From positions 928,001 through 992,000 of the forward strand of contig OZ242221.1 of the NCBI GenBank assembly GCA_965206845.1: a DNA stretch of 64,000 nucleotides, given 5' to 3'. This stretch comes from Cenarchaeum sp. GTDB lineage: Archaea; Thermoproteota; Nitrososphaeria; Nitrososphaerales; Nitrosopumilaceae. Of this stretch, positions 47,340 through 58,267 are shown piece by piece (position 1 is the stretch's first letter; the number at the start of each line of letters is the position of its first letter). The position numbers were made by a program, and so were the translations under genes. Under the pieces are notes generated by a model. It did no database searches. It saw nothing but the letters and a program-made list of their open reading frames with translations, and was not told the origin of the DNA.

Positions 47340-48503
47340 TTAAGACCAGATCTTCTCCTTGAAGGTAAACCGCTTGTTCAGGATAAAGTTGCCAAAGGAC
47401 GCGGCCGCAACCGCCGGTATCAGCGCGATGGGATAGCTCATCGAGGAGCTCTCCACCAGGGCAAAGACGGCGCCCAGCTGAACCAGCGCCCCCAGGGAGC
47501 TGACCCCTATGAACTTGGCGTACTGCGCCACCGTCCTTGCGGGGGCAAAGTTTCTGTCCTCAAACGTCCAGAACTTGTTGAGCACAAAATTGCTGGTCAT
47601 TGAAGCGAGTATTCCCAGTATATTTGCGTGGATGTACCACAAATCATTGGAGCCGCCGGCAAGCAGCAGGGACATGAGGTAGTTGATCCCGAGTCCCGAG
47701 GCGCCCACCGTGTAGAACCTGGCCGCCTTTGAGAGAAAGCGCGCCGATGTCTTGGGCTTTGATCTCGAGCCCCGCCTGCCGTTCCTGTACAGCCTCCAGA
47801 CGGATCTGAGATAGTCGACGGCCACCTTCAGGTCCAGCTTGCTGGAGCCAAACTGCCTGTCGCGGAACGTGTAGGGGATCTCCTTGATGGACGCTCCCCT
47901 GGCCTTGACCAGGATCTCAAGCAGCATCTTGTATCCCATTGCGTCAAACTTTAGATCCCTGATGAGGCTCTTCTTGAAGGCAAAGAACCCCGACATGGGA
48001 TCCTCGGTCCGTATCCCGAGCCCCTTCTGGGCAATCTTTGCGGCCACCTTGCTTTGGATCTTTCTCTTTATCGGCCAGTTCTTGATCGCGCTGCCCGGGA
48101 TGTACCTGGAGGCGATCACGATGTCAAACTTGGACCGCCTTATCAGATCCACCATTCTGGGAATTATCTGCGGCGGGTGGGAAAAGTCGCTGTCCATGAC
48201 CACTATGATGTCGCCTGACGCGTGCTGGATTCCGTTGAGTATGGCCGAGCTCAGGCCCTTCTTTATCTTCCTGTGCACCACGTCCACGGTGTAGTCTGTC
48301 AGGCGCCTGACGTTCCTGATGTAGTCGTCTACCATGCGCCCCGTGCCGTCCGGCGAGTTGTCGTCCACCACTATCGTCTCGGTTCTTGCGTTCCCGGGGC
48401 GGTTCTCGCCTATGGATCTGAGAACGCCCAGAACATTCATCGACTCGTTGTACGTGGAGAGTATTATCGATACCTGGGCGTTGCGGGGGTTTTTCAGCGT
48501 CAC
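47340..48503 (-). CDS. GT2 dolichol-phosphate mannosyltransferase-like protein with C-terminal GtrA domain
   Basis: STYNE, VVDDNSPDGT, MDSDFSHPP, DPMSGFF, NFVLNKFWTF; GTG start inferred. Confidence 0.9.
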   Translation of the reverse strand: MTLKNPRNAQVSIILSTYNESMNVLGVLRSIGENRPGNARTETIVVDDNSPDGTGRMVDDYIRNVRRLTDYTVDVVHRKIKKGLSSAILNGIQHASGDIIVVMDSDFSHPPQIIPRMVDLIRRSKFDIVIASRYIPGSAIKNWPIKRKIQSKVAAKIAQKGLGIRTEDPMSGFFAFKKSLIRDLKFDAMGYKMLLEILVKARGASIKEIPYTFRDRQFGSSKLDLKVAVDYLRSVWRLYRNGRRGSRSKPKTSARFLSKAARFYTVGASGLGINYLMSLLLAGGSNDLWYIHANILGILASMTSNFVLNKFWTFEDRNFAPARTVAQYAKFIGVSSLGALVQLGAVFALVESSSMSYPIALIPAVAAASFGNFILNKRFTFKEKIWS

Positions 48504-49007
48504 TTTACAGTCGATGTTTGTGGGGGGAATTATATATTTAAGTTCACAAAACGGGTGAACTGCGTGGCGACCGTTCGGGTTACCCACTCCATAGCAGGCA
48601 TCAGCCTGAGGCACGAATTCTGGCATATGCGGCGGATCGCACAAGTGTGAAATCCTACTTATGCAGTAACTGGCGAGTCCCGTGATAATCTCTGGCCAGT
48701 CGGGGGCACGGCATAGAGGCAGGACACAAGGTGATCGAGAAATCAAGAGCGGAGGCATCTAACAAGATGTCAAATCAGGTACGTTCTGCTTTCTGTATTT
48801 ATTGCGGATGTTCAACCTATGGGTACCGGATGGTGCAACCCGGCATGGCGTGTAGACCGGGGATGGAAGACTTGTCGTAACGTAGGACGGCCTCGTGGAA
48901 GATAATTCTGGGCGTGATGTGTGGCAGCCGGCCGGAACCGTCACCCCAATACAGGCAGCCGGGGAGCGCATTTGCGCTAACCTGATGCACAACGCACTGA
49001 CAAACTC

Positions 49008-49140
49008 TTCGTGAAACACAGGTAGCCGAATGGCCACCTCCCCGTCTCGCATGTGCCGCAGATCTCGTCCCTCTGCAACGATCGCATCCCTCCTGACGGA
49101 GAACCAGATCTTCCCCGGGATGCCCAACCCGGTAAGGGCT
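49008..49140 (+). repeat. MITE family B, partial copy 2
   Basis: actcttcgtgaaacacagg...cctgacggagaacc...cttccccgg shared with 33291-33408. Confidence 0.65.
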
Positions 49141-49241
49141 GACTGCGGGTATTGCCAGTGCGGCAGAGTATGCGCGTGGTCCTGCGCCCCCCGGCCGGCG
49201 GCAGGAAACTTTTATTGTCCTGCGGAATCTCCCGTATCTAG

Positions 49242-50279
49242 TTGAAGATCTGGTTTGACATCCTGACGCCAAAGCAGATACTGTTCTTTGAATCCATGAT
49301 GGATCGGCTGGAAGGCGAGCACACAGTACTGTGCACCACAAGAAACTACAGGGAGCTGAACGGGCTTGTCAAGATCAGGAGAAGAAGGGTGCAAAGCGTG
49401 GGAAGGCACGGGGGGGCCGCAAGGGACGCAAAGCTGATGGCCGGCATTAACAGGATATCGGAGCTGACCCCCATAATCGAGGAGTTCTCCCCCGACGTGA
49501 CCGTCAGCTTCTGCTCGCCGGACGCGGCAAGGGTGTCATTCATGCTGCAGATCCCCCACATTGGCTTCTCGGAGGCCCCGCACCACAATGCGGGATCACG
49601 GCTGTCGATACCCCTGCTGGAGAGACTGCTGATTCCCTCATACATACCCAAAAAGAGCTTTACAATATTTGGAATAGACCCGGAGAAGATACTGCAGTAC
49701 AACGCGCTGGACGTGTATATGATCGTACAAAACAAGGTCGTGGAGACGATGCCGCCGATATCCAAGAAACCCCACGAAAAGATAATCCTGTTCCGCACCT
49801 ACGAGACGCAGGCGGCATACGTGAACAAGTCCGTGGACGTGGTCTCGCTGGTCACCGATGTGGCAAGGATGATGCCTGACTGCAGGCTTGTCGTCCTGGG
49901 CAGGTATGCAGATGAGATCAGGCACCTTCAGGCGTCGCTGGGCAGCGACATAACGGTGATCGACAGGGTGGTTGACAGCCGCAGCATACTCTTGCTTGCC
50001 GACGTGTTCATTGGATCCGGGGGGACCATGACTGCCGAGGCCGCAATGCGCGGCGTTCCGACCATATCGTACAATGCGGTGCCGTACGCAACCGAGAGGT
50101 ACCTGGTGAGGCACGGGCTGGTAAAGAGGGCCGAGGATGCCCCCGGGCTGGTAAGGGCCGCAAGGCGGTTTCTCGAGTCTGACAACGGAGCCTACCTGGA
50201 AAAGAACAGGCGGTTTCTTGCGGGCATGGAGGATCCATACAACCTTCTTGAAGAGGTCCTGCGCTCGCTTGGCGCGTGA
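49242..50279 (+). CDS. DUF354 family protein (GT-B fold)
   Basis: KIWFDILTPKQ, GRHGG, SPDAARVSF, GSGGTMTAEAA. Confidence 0.88.
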   Translation: MKIWFDILTPKQILFFESMMDRLEGEHTVLCTTRNYRELNGLVKIRRRRVQSVGRHGGAARDAKLMAGINRISELTPIIEEFSPDVTVSFCSPDAARVSFMLQIPHIGFSEAPHHNAGSRLSIPLLERLLIPSYIPKKSFTIFGIDPEKILQYNALDVYMIVQNKVVETMPPISKKPHEKIILFRTYETQAAYVNKSVDVVSLVTDVARMMPDCRLVVLGRYADEIRHLQASLGSDITVIDRVVDSRSILLLADVFIGSGGTMTAEAAMRGVPTISYNAVPYATERYLVRHGLVKRAEDAPGLVRAARRFLESDNGAYLEKNRRFLAGMEDPYNLLEEVLRSLGA

Positions 50280-50345
50280 CGGCTGCCCGAGCCGTGGCAC
50301 ACCAGCCCACTCAAAGATTAAAAACAGACCGGATCCGAACCACAG

Positions 50346-50921
50346 GTGGTGGACAAGGACGGCCTTACCGACGAAGACGGGACGGCGCTCGTGGGGCTGG
50401 CAAGGAGGGCGGTGTCCGACCATCTCCTGGGAAGGCAGACGGTTCCAGACGATGCCCTGAAGTCAAGGTTCTCCTTTCGGGCAGGCGTGTTTGTTACCCT
50501 CAACAGCGGGGGCAGCCTGCGGGGCTGCATCGGTTTTGTCGCACCCCGCAAGAGGCTGTACGGCGCCCTGGTCGAGGCGGCCGTTGCTGCCGCCACCCGG
50601 GATCCGCGGTTTCTGCCTGTTCAGAGCGGCCAGCTGGGCCGCATCAAATTCGAGGTTACCGTCCTCTCCGAGCCCCAGAAGATGGCCGTCTCCAACCCGA
50701 ACCAGTACCTGTCGGGGATCCGCATAGGGATGGACGGACTGCTCATAAGGCGCAACTCAAGTTCGGGCCTGCTCCTGCCACAGGTGCCGGCGGAGTACGG
50801 GTGGTCCCCGCAGGAGTTCCTGGAGCATGCCTGCGAGAAGGCCGGGCTTCCCAGGGACTCGTGGAGGGACGAATCCACCGAGGTCCTGAGGTTTGGGGGG
50901 ACGGTCTTCAGGGAGGGCTGA
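50346..50921 (+). CDS. AMMECR1 domain protein (TIGR00296)
   Basis: GVFVTL, LRGCIG, DPRF, GLLLPQV, CEKAGL. Confidence 0.93.
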   Translation: MVDKDGLTDEDGTALVGLARRAVSDHLLGRQTVPDDALKSRFSFRAGVFVTLNSGGSLRGCIGFVAPRKRLYGALVEAAVAAATRDPRFLPVQSGQLGRIKFEVTVLSEPQKMAVSNPNQYLSGIRIGMDGLLIRRNSSSGLLLPQVPAEYGWSPQEFLEHACEKAGLPRDSWRDESTEVLRFGGTVFREG

Positions 50922-50943
50922 TCCCGCCGGGAGGCGCCGGCGC

Positions 50944-51306
50944 CTAGCCCAGAAAGAACTCGGCGCCGTCCTGCATGGCGTCAAGCTCCGCCTGGCCCAT
51001 GGTTATCAGCGGAATGTTGGCAAGCGCGCATCCGGAGGCCACCGTCGGGTCTGCCTTCAGGCAGATCATGGCCCTGGGGGCTGCGCCTGCGGACTTGAGC
51101 GAGTATATGGTGTATGCGCCCACGCTGCTGCCGGCCCCGTGGGGAAACACCAGGATCGAGTCGCGGACGGATCTGCCGTGTAGCTCGTGGCTCGGATCCC
51201 GGATCGTCCCGGTTTTGTTGTCCACGGCGCCCAGAAAGTTGATGGGCTGCCGGGTCTTCATTATCCTCCCCCGGGCCCTGCCCCGGACTATCGTCCTCAC
51301 GACCAA
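50944..51306 (-). CDS. Aconitase X swivel domain (DUF126), phosphomevalonate dehydratase small subunit
   Basis: INFLGAVD, FPHGAGSSVG, VASGCALANIP; start inferred. Confidence 0.85.
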   Translation of the reverse strand: MVVRTIVRGRARGRIMKTRQPINFLGAVDNKTGTIRDPSHELHGRSVRDSILVFPHGAGSSVGAYTIYSLKSAGAAPRAMICLKADPTVASGCALANIPLITMGQAELDAMQDGAEFFLG

Positions 51307-52454
51307 CCGGTCTCGTCCTCCACAATCTCTGAGAGCGGCTTGAGGTTCACGTCCACGCCGTTTGATCTCTTGAGATAGTACGCCCCCTTGACGCTGTTGG
51401 TGGTCACCGAGTCGACCTCTCCCTTGTCTATCAGGGGCGTGAGGCATGTGCAGCAGTCAGAGAGTATCTCGCACCCGGCGCGCCGGATCTGCGATGCGTA
51501 TCCCAGCCTCTGGGCCTGCTCCTGCACCAACCTGGGGCAGAACACCATGCACCTCTTCTTGAAGCGCCTCCCGCCCAGCATTGACGACAGGCCGGCCATC
51601 TCCTCCAGGCCCAGCTGCGGGCTGCCCAGGGTCACCATGTCGCCGCGGTCTGCGGTGTTCAGCTCGTCATACACGCCGCGGAGCTCCTCCTTGCCAAAGT
51701 CAACCTCCTCTGCACCGCTGCCGCCGCCCAGGCTGAACCTGCCGCAGGTGCCAGAAGTGCCCATGCCACCGCACAGCGACTTGCAGCTGCGCCGGTCCGG
51801 GCTGCCTGCGCCGGATATGGCCACCGACTGGTCTGCCACCTTGCCCGCAAAAAATCCCAGCATTCCAAAGTCAAGCTCGTCGGGCTCTGGGATCCCCATC
51901 CTTATGGTGATGTCAGGCTCGCTGTCCCTTCTGAGTGACGAGTAGGGGCTCTTGCCCGTTATGGCGCTGGCCAGCGCCGAGAACGCGCTCTCCTTGTTTG
52001 TGCGCAGACCGGCAACCGAGTTGGCGTATATGGCCGCATTGCTCTCGGCAAAGGACACCTGCGTCCCGGCCCCGGGCAGCTTGAGGATCTCGTACGGGAT
52101 GCACGAGAACGTGGGCATGACACCCATCCGCTCGTATGACCTCCTGATGCTCTCCTGCCCCCGGATGAAATCCTCGTCCAGGCCGTAGCCTGACACGCTG
52201 TCGGCGTCGTATCCCATGGGGTTCAGCGACGTCCTCACCTTTACGCGCGCAGTCCTGCTGAACTCGGCAAGAAACCGCTCCCCGGCATCTCCAATGGTGT
52301 TGTAGTTTACGCCCGACAGGTGGGCCCACTCGATCTTGACCAGCCTCTCGGCATCCGCTGCCTCGCCTGTGGCGACAAGAATCCGGTACGCCGTCTCCAT
52401 GGAGCTGCCGTGCTCGCCACGCAGGGCGGCCTCCTCGTCCCTTGTCAGCTCCAT
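51297..52454 (-). CDS. Aconitase X catalytic domain (DUF521), phosphomevalonate dehydratase large subunit
   Basis: MELTRDEEAAL.GE.G, AHLSGV.Y.TIGD, SCIPY, AESNA, TNSVKGAYY. Confidence 0.88.
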   Translation of the reverse strand: MELTRDEEAALRGEHGSSMETAYRILVATGEAADAERLVKIEWAHLSGVNYNTIGDAGERFLAEFSRTARVKVRTSLNPMGYDADSVSGYGLDEDFIRGQESIRRSYERMGVMPTFSCIPYEILKLPGAGTQVSFAESNAAIYANSVAGLRTNKESAFSALASAITGKSPYSSLRRDSEPDITIRMGIPEPDELDFGMLGFFAGKVADQSVAISGAGSPDRRSCKSLCGGMGTSGTCGRFSLGGGSGAEEVDFGKEELRGVYDELNTADRGDMVTLGSPQLGLEEMAGLSSMLGGRRFKKRCMVFCPRLVQEQAQRLGYASQIRRAGCEILSDCCTCLTPLIDKGEVDSVTTNSVKGAYYLKRSNGVDVNLKPLSEIVEDETGWS

Positions 52455-52503
52455 TGGGTGGTATTCCTGCTGGCAGATATAAGAGTGCCCCGCACCACAG
52501 CTG

Positions 52504-53163
52504 ATGAGAAAGATACTGGACGGGATGATCTCCACCATGAATGCCGTCCAGCCGCCCAGAATGACGGCCCTTCGCCGGCTGCACGAGGCAGAGTCCGGGG
52601 GGCCGTTTAGCATTCTCATCGGCACCATACTCTCCGCCAGGACAAAGGACGAGCGCACCACGGAGGTGGTGGGGCGGCTCTTTGCCCGGTACAAGACGGC
52701 CGAGGCCCTGGCGGGAGCCAGGCTGGAGGACGTCGAGGAGATAATCCACTCCATCGGCTTTTACCGCGTCAAGGCAAGGAGGATAATCGAGGTCGCGTCC
52801 ATAATCCACTCCCAGTTTGGGGGCCAGGTTCCTGACGACATAGACGCGCTGGTGGGGCTGCCCGGCGTGGGAAGAAAGACCGCAAACTGCGTCCTAGTGT
52901 ATGCCTTTGGCAAGCCGGCCATTCCGGTGGACATACATGTGCACCGGATCTCAAACAGGCTGGGCATAGTGGACACCCGGGCGCCCGAGGAGACAGAGGC
53001 CGCATTGATGAGGAAGATCCCCAAGAAGTACTGGCTTGAGATCAACGACACCTTTGTCATGTACGGCCAGAACATCTGCAAGCCCATAACGCCCATGTGC
53101 GACGTCTGCAGGATCAGGGGCTCGTGCCGGTACTACAAAACTAGGCGGAGCGCTTCTTCGTGA
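52504..53163 (+). CDS. nth: Endonuclease III
   Basis: LPGVGRKTAN, IPVDIHVHR, C-terminal Fe-S cysteine motif CKPITPMCDVCRIRGSC. Confidence 0.95.
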   Translation: MRKILDGMISTMNAVQPPRMTALRRLHEAESGGPFSILIGTILSARTKDERTTEVVGRLFARYKTAEALAGARLEDVEEIIHSIGFYRVKARRIIEVASIIHSQFGGQVPDDIDALVGLPGVGRKTANCVLVYAFGKPAIPVDIHVHRISNRLGIVDTRAPEETEAALMRKIPKKYWLEINDTFVMYGQNICKPITPMCDVCRIRGSCRYYKTRRSASS

Positions 53164-53815
53164 GGAACAGGCCGCCCGCCAGGGCGCCTATGATTGCAGT
53201 CACGATAAACGGGAACAGCGCGAAGGTGTTCTGGGACGGGTCGCCCGAGAGGAACTCGATCGTTATGTTGCCGGAGTTTATTGCCGGCGGGTCGGTGGAT
53301 CCCTCCTTTCCGTGCACCGAGTACGAGCCTACCGCAAACACCCCCACGTCCAGGTTGGACACCACGATCCTGTCGCCGTTGTTGACGGTGAGGCCGGCCC
53401 TGTCCGTATACGACATGATGACCTTGCTCAGTTGGGACCATCCGCGCTCAAGGGTGCTGTGCACCACCACATATCCCTCCTCGTCGGGGATCTGCACCGC
53501 CAGCCAGAACTTCCTCTCCGGCAGGCTCCCCATTCCCACCTCGACGAACTTCTCCGGCATGACTTGGTCATAGATCCGCAGGACCGCGTTGCCGTCGGGG
53601 TTCTCGTAGATCAGATCATTGTCGATGGTCACCTGCCAGCTTATCGCGTGGATCTGGTCCAGCGGGATGACCACGGCCTCCCTGATAACCCGGTTAAAGT
53701 CGTCGGGCGGCACGCTGATGGTGTCAATCTGCAGCGACGGGTTCTTTGGCTCCTGCGCGTATGCAGGCAGGGACGCGCTCAGGACAACAAGTGCAAGTAC
53801 GACTGCAGCTCTCAC
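53141..53815 (-). CDS. Secreted, C-terminally anchored hypothetical protein
   Basis: Signal peptide (AYA), C-terminal TM followed by KKR. Confidence 0.75.
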   Translation of the reverse strand: MRAAVVLALVVLSASLPAYAQEPKNPSLQIDTISVPPDDFNRVIREAVVIPLDQIHAISWQVTIDNDLIYENPDGNAVLRIYDQVMPEKFVEVGMGSLPERKFWLAVQIPDEEGYVVVHSTLERGWSQLSKVIMSYTDRAGLTVNNGDRIVVSNLDVGVFAVGSYSVHGKEGSTDPPAINSGNITIEFLSGDPSQNTFALFPFIVTAIIGALAGGLFLTKKRSA

Positions 53816-53845
53816 AGTGGCAAGACGGCTCCAGCGAATAAATAC

Positions 53846-54979
53846 CTAATCGACGAACGGCGCCGGATGGTCCAGTATTATCTTGGATACCTGGGGCCGC
53901 AGAATGAACTCGCTTGGGGCCTTGCCTTCCTGGATCATCGCCCTCATCTTTGTGCCGCTGATCTGCTCCCGATCTTCTGCACCGTGCGGGCATGCCCTTG
54001 GGTTTGTGAACGTGATGCACTTGCGGCAGTAAAAGAACGCCGGGAAGAATATCGGGGCGATCTCAAGATCCGGATAGTCGTCAAAGATCTTGTGCGCCGC
54101 AAAGGGGTCATAGTAGCTGCCCACCCCTGCATGGTCACGCCCTATTATGATGTGGGTGCACCCGTAGTTCTGCCTCATTATGGCGTGGTGGATGGCCTCC
54201 CGTGGGCCTGCATACCTCATCTCCGTATGGAGTGTGGCCAGCCGGCACCTGTTCTCCGGATAGTAGTTCTGTATCATGCTCTCATAACACCTGACGATCA
54301 CGTCGTCCACAAAATCTCCCGACTTCTTTCTGCCTATGAGCGGGTTTACAAACACGCCGTCCCGGGTGGTGATGGCCGTCTTCTGCAGCATCTCGTGCGC
54401 CACATGCGGCGGGTTCCTTGTCTGAAACGCGACTATGGTCTTCCAGCCTGCCTCCACAAACGCCTGCCTGGTCTGGGTCGGTGTCATGCGGTACCTCCTG
54501 ATCCCGGTCTCCTGGGGTCGCGAGACGAGTTCTATCCTGCCGCCCACCAGGTACTCGTTCATGGCGGCCGTCCTGGCGACTCCCGGATGGGCCGCGTCGT
54601 CGGTTCCATACACCCCCACAGATACCGCCTTTTTGTCAAACCCAAACACCTCCTCCACATGCATTACGGCAATCCCCAGTCCGTCGGGATCCGTCAGCAG
54701 CACGTCGCCGGCGTCGCGGGCCCGGTCTGCCGTTGCGCGGTCAAGATCAAGCACCATGGGAATGGTCCACGGCGTGCCGTCTGTCAGCCTGCCGCGGGCT
54801 ATCACACCCTCAAAGTCCTGCTGTCCCAGAAAGCCCTCCAGGGGGCTGAAGATCCCGTCTGCTATATTCTCCACATCGTTTGCCAGATCCGCAGATATCG
54901 GCACGGAGGGCATGCCCGTGGTGTCCCTGTCGGTGATCCTGCTCACAAGCCTGCCACCGTGTGGTCTTATTCCTGTCAT
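53846..54979 (-). CDS. sat: Sulfate adenylyltransferase
   Basis: [45 protein letters not shown]. Confidence 0.96.
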   Translation of the reverse strand: MTGIRPHGGRLVSRITDRDTTGMPSVPISADLANDVENIADGIFSPLEGFLGQQDFEGVIARGRLTDGTPWTIPMVLDLDRATADRARDAGDVLLTDPDGLGIAVMHVEEVFGFDKKAVSVGVYGTDDAAHPGVARTAAMNEYLVGGRIELVSRPQETGIRRYRMTPTQTRQAFVEAGWKTIVAFQTRNPPHVAHEMLQKTAITTRDGVFVNPLIGRKKSGDFVDDVIVRCYESMIQNYYPENRCRLATLHTEMRYAGPREAIHHAIMRQNYGCTHIIIGRDHAGVGSYYDPFAAHKIFDDYPDLEIAPIFFPAFFYCRKCITFTNPRACPHGAEDREQISGTKMRAMIQEGKAPSEFILRPQVSKIILDHPAPFVD

Positions 54980-54980
54980 C

Positions 54981-55697
54981 TCACTTCTTGTAGTCCATGT
55001 GCAGGCCACACTCCTTATGTGTGTCGTGCTCCCACCACCACCTGCCTGACCTGGCATCCTGGCCGGCCTCCACGGCCCTGGTACAGGGGGCGCACCCTAT
55101 GCTGGGGTACCCGGCATCCAGCAGCTTGTTGTAGGGAACGTCGTTTGCCCTTATGTACCCCCACAGCCGGTCCCAGGTCCAGTCCACCAGCGGGTTTATC
55201 TTCAGTATGTTGTTGTGCTGGGTGTCCACCTCGAAGATCTTGGCGTCCCTCCTGGTCTCGGTCTGGTCCTGCCGCAGTCCGGTGATCCACCCGTCCAGCG
55301 TTCCAAGCATCCTGTTTATGGGGTGCACCTTGCGGATGCCGCAGCAGAGCCTTCTGTTCTCCACGCTCTCATAGAACAGGTTCAGCCCCTTCTTGCGGAC
55401 CATCTCCTCGACCTCGTCCGTGTCGGGAAACATCACCTCTAGGTTGATGCCGTACCTCTTCCTTACCGCATCCATGACGTCATAGGTCTCCTGCGGCAGC
55501 CTGCCCGTATCCAGGGTAAAGAACCGGAACCGGGGGTTTATCTTTATCATCATGTCCACTATGACTGCGTCCTCTGCGCCAAAGCTGGATGCCTTTGCCA
55601 CCCGCGGGTGCAGTTGATCAGACGCCCACTGCAGGGCTTCTTGCGCCGTATGGATCCTGGCGTTGAGCTCGTTTACCTGTTCCTGACTGAATTCCAC
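54981..55697 (-). CDS. cysH: Adenylylsulfate/phosphoadenylylsulfate reductase
   Basis: [43 protein letters not shown]. Confidence 0.93.
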   Translation of the reverse strand: MEFSQEQVNELNARIHTAQEALQWASDQLHPRVAKASSFGAEDAVIVDMMIKINPRFRFFTLDTGRLPQETYDVMDAVRKRYGINLEVMFPDTDEVEEMVRKKGLNLFYESVENRRLCCGIRKVHPINRMLGTLDGWITGLRQDQTETRRDAKIFEVDTQHNNILKINPLVDWTWDRLWGYIRANDVPYNKLLDAGYPSIGCAPCTRAVEAGQDARSGRWWWEHDTHKECGLHMDYKK

Positions 55698-55918
55698 TGT
55701 CTCGGAGTGGGTCGTTTTGTTTAATAATTATTGCGAGGGCCCATCCGCCGCCGTGCCCAGGCGGCTCCATTCTGGTGCCTGCGTGCGGTGCCCGCGAGGG
55801 GTGCCCCAAAGGCCCATGCGGGATCCGGAACCTGCAGCAGGGTCCGGGTGCCCCAAGACGGCGGGCGCGGCCCTGCATCCGTCCTAAATTATAAGTTGGT
55901 TCATGGTAAGAATGCAGG

Positions 55919-57037
55919 ATGAGTGGAGATTCCTGCGTGGTGGTCTTTCCGTCTGCCTTTGCGCAAGGCCTGCTGCCCCTGCTGGCGGCCAACGTAAGGA
56001 GGATTCTGGAGATAAAGGGACAGAAGTTTGACTCGATCAGGAGGGACGGCCCGGTCATCGTGGTGGACGCTCAGGATCCGGTCTTTGCGTCCTCGGCGGC
56101 GGCGCTGCTCTCCGGGGTAAGGAGGGTGGCCATCGCAAGGCGTGTGGAGAAGGATCCCGACGTGCTGGTGCCAGCGATGGCAGAGGTCGGCTCCAACCTG
56201 CTTCTCAGCACGGACAGGTTTCTCGTGAAGGTGGAGGGCTCCGCAAAGGGGTTCATCCCGGACGACCTGGAGATCGCCGCCACCTCGGCCATAATCGGCA
56301 GTGGCCGGCCCAATGGGGGGCCCGGCACCGGAAGCTCGTATGACCGGCTGCTCTACACGTTTCTTGCGCGGAACAGCGCGTACGTCTGCATATTCTCAGA
56401 CGAGTGCACGGGAGGGATGCCCTACGGATCCCAGAGGCAAGAGGCCGTCTGCTGCATATTTGACGAGCTGTCCGCCGTCTCCTGTCTTGAGACCCTGCGG
56501 CAGGGCTACCGGGTCAGGATGGCCGTCTGCTATCAAAAGCCCCGGGAGCTGATGAACCTGGCAAAGATGATCAACCAAATTATACCGCGGATGGTCAGCC
56601 GGGATGTGGAACTGAACTTCTTCCGGGTGAGACCCGGCGCCGCCGGCTATCTGGGATATGCGGCCGCATCCCTGGATGCCTCGTTGCTCCTCGCCACGGA
56701 GTGTGGCGCGGATCACGTCTCCCTGCCGGTCTCACCGCTGATCCACCCGCCGGGCTTTGTGGACGAGTGCATACTTGATACGGTGGGACGGGGCCTCACG
56801 CCGGTGATTCCCCTGGGGGGAATGACCGACGATCTCTTCCGGGCGGCCGGCCAGATCGGCCTGGAGAAGCACCTGTCCCGCATAGAGAAGCTGGCAGGCC
56901 TGAAGGCCGGCAGATCCAAGGGCTACAGCAGAAGGGACGCGCCGCCGTTACCGCCCGAATCCAGGCAGAGGGTTCTGTTGCAGCCAGGCCCCAACAATGT
57001 CCACGACATCCTTGATTCGCTACAGGCAGATGCATGA
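55919..57037 (+). CDS. THUMP-domain ThiI-like protein (degenerate PP-loop)
   Basis: N-terminal ferredoxin-like/THUMP region, GGMPYG; no SGGxDS. Confidence 0.6.
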   Translation: MSGDSCVVVFPSAFAQGLLPLLAANVRRILEIKGQKFDSIRRDGPVIVVDAQDPVFASSAAALLSGVRRVAIARRVEKDPDVLVPAMAEVGSNLLLSTDRFLVKVEGSAKGFIPDDLEIAATSAIIGSGRPNGGPGTGSSYDRLLYTFLARNSAYVCIFSDECTGGMPYGSQRQEAVCCIFDELSAVSCLETLRQGYRVRMAVCYQKPRELMNLAKMINQIIPRMVSRDVELNFFRVRPGAAGYLGYAAASLDASLLLATECGADHVSLPVSPLIHPPGFVDECILDTVGRGLTPVIPLGGMTDDLFRAAGQIGLEKHLSRIEKLAGLKAGRSKGYSRRDAPPLPPESRQRVLLQPGPNNVHDILDSLQADA

Positions 57038-57044
57038 CCGTACC

Positions 57045-58267
57045 ATGAAGAAGATAGGACAGTTCATCTATCCGTGGGGAAACGGCCACTACACCAGAAT
57101 GATGCGGCTCAACGAGGTCCTGGCCGATCACATACGCGAGGATATCCAGATCCACATCTCGACCAAGCCGCCCATATATGAGAAGATCCTGGCCCACTCC
57201 CGGTACCGGGCGCACAACATACTGATGCCGACCCCCATCGACGGCCGGTTCGGTCCCAGCGTCTGGCGGTCCCTGCTGAACCTGCTTCTGCCGGTGGAGG
57301 GGAACCCGCCCCTGGTAAGGCAGATCGCCTGCTACCTCAGGGAGGAGGGCAGGCTCTACAACCGCGAGCACTTTGATATTGTGATCAATGACGGCGACAT
57401 GGGCTCAAACATCATCGCCAGCAGGCGAAACGTGCCCAGCCTCTTTGTGACAAACCAGTTCAAGCCAAGGCTCTGGAGATCCAGGTTCTACTTTTATCCC
57501 GCGGTGAGCTACGTTGCAAGGCAGATCGCCCGGGCGTCCCAGATACTGGTGGCCGACTCGGCGCCGCCCTACACCATGTGCGAGTACAACCTGAACCTCC
57601 CCGACAGCCTAAAGGGCCGGGTCTCCTACGTGGGGCACTTTACGGGCAGGCATGTGCCCAGGGGGGAGCCCACAGACCTGGAGAGGCTGATCGCGGATGC
57701 GGAGTTTGGATACTGGATGAGAACGGGCAACAGGTCCACCAATGACGGCACCGGATCCCGATACCGGCAGATATTTGCCATGCCGGAGATGGCAGGCGAG
57801 CGCCGCATAGTCTCCCACGCCAGGGACGACCCCGCAATCGATTGCGTTACGGGGAGGGACAAAAGGAGGTACTCCGTATCCGAGGCGCTGGAGAGGAAGG
57901 TGGACTGGATTCAGATAGACATCGGGTTTCTCTCCGAGCAGGAGAAGGAGTCGGTGCTGGAGCGGTGCCTGTATGCCGTGATAAACGGCTCGCATACGGT
58001 AATGGGGGAGATCCTGGGCGGCAAGTCAAAACCGGTGATTGGAATCCCCATATACGACGAGCACACAAACCAGCTGAGATGGGCCCAGGAGCGAAACCTG
58101 GGCATACTGGCAAGAAACGCCAGGCAGGCGGTGGAGGGGATCCGGCGGATCAGATCCAGCTACGCCACGTTCCAGGAGGCCCTGGCGGCTTTGCGGCCAA
58201 CTTTGACGGCGAGGGGGCGCGCAACACGGCCCGGATCGCCGCGCAGGTCCTTGAAAGCAAGAAATAG
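57045..58267 (+). CDS. GT-B glycosyltransferase with apparent frameshift near 58185
   Basis: PWGNGHYTR, INGSHTVMGE, PIYDEH; plausible C-terminus FAANFDGEGARNTARIAAQVLESKK lies in another frame. Confidence 0.78.

Noticed and set aside
50944-52454. DUF521/DUF126 pair as a novel system
   Set aside because: Already established as phosphomevalonate dehydratase of the modified archaeal mevalonate pathway.
53312-55285. 657-aa ORF on the + strand
   Set aside because: Antisense shadow of sat/cysH and the neighbouring gene, with no recognisable motifs; expected in high-GC coding DNA.
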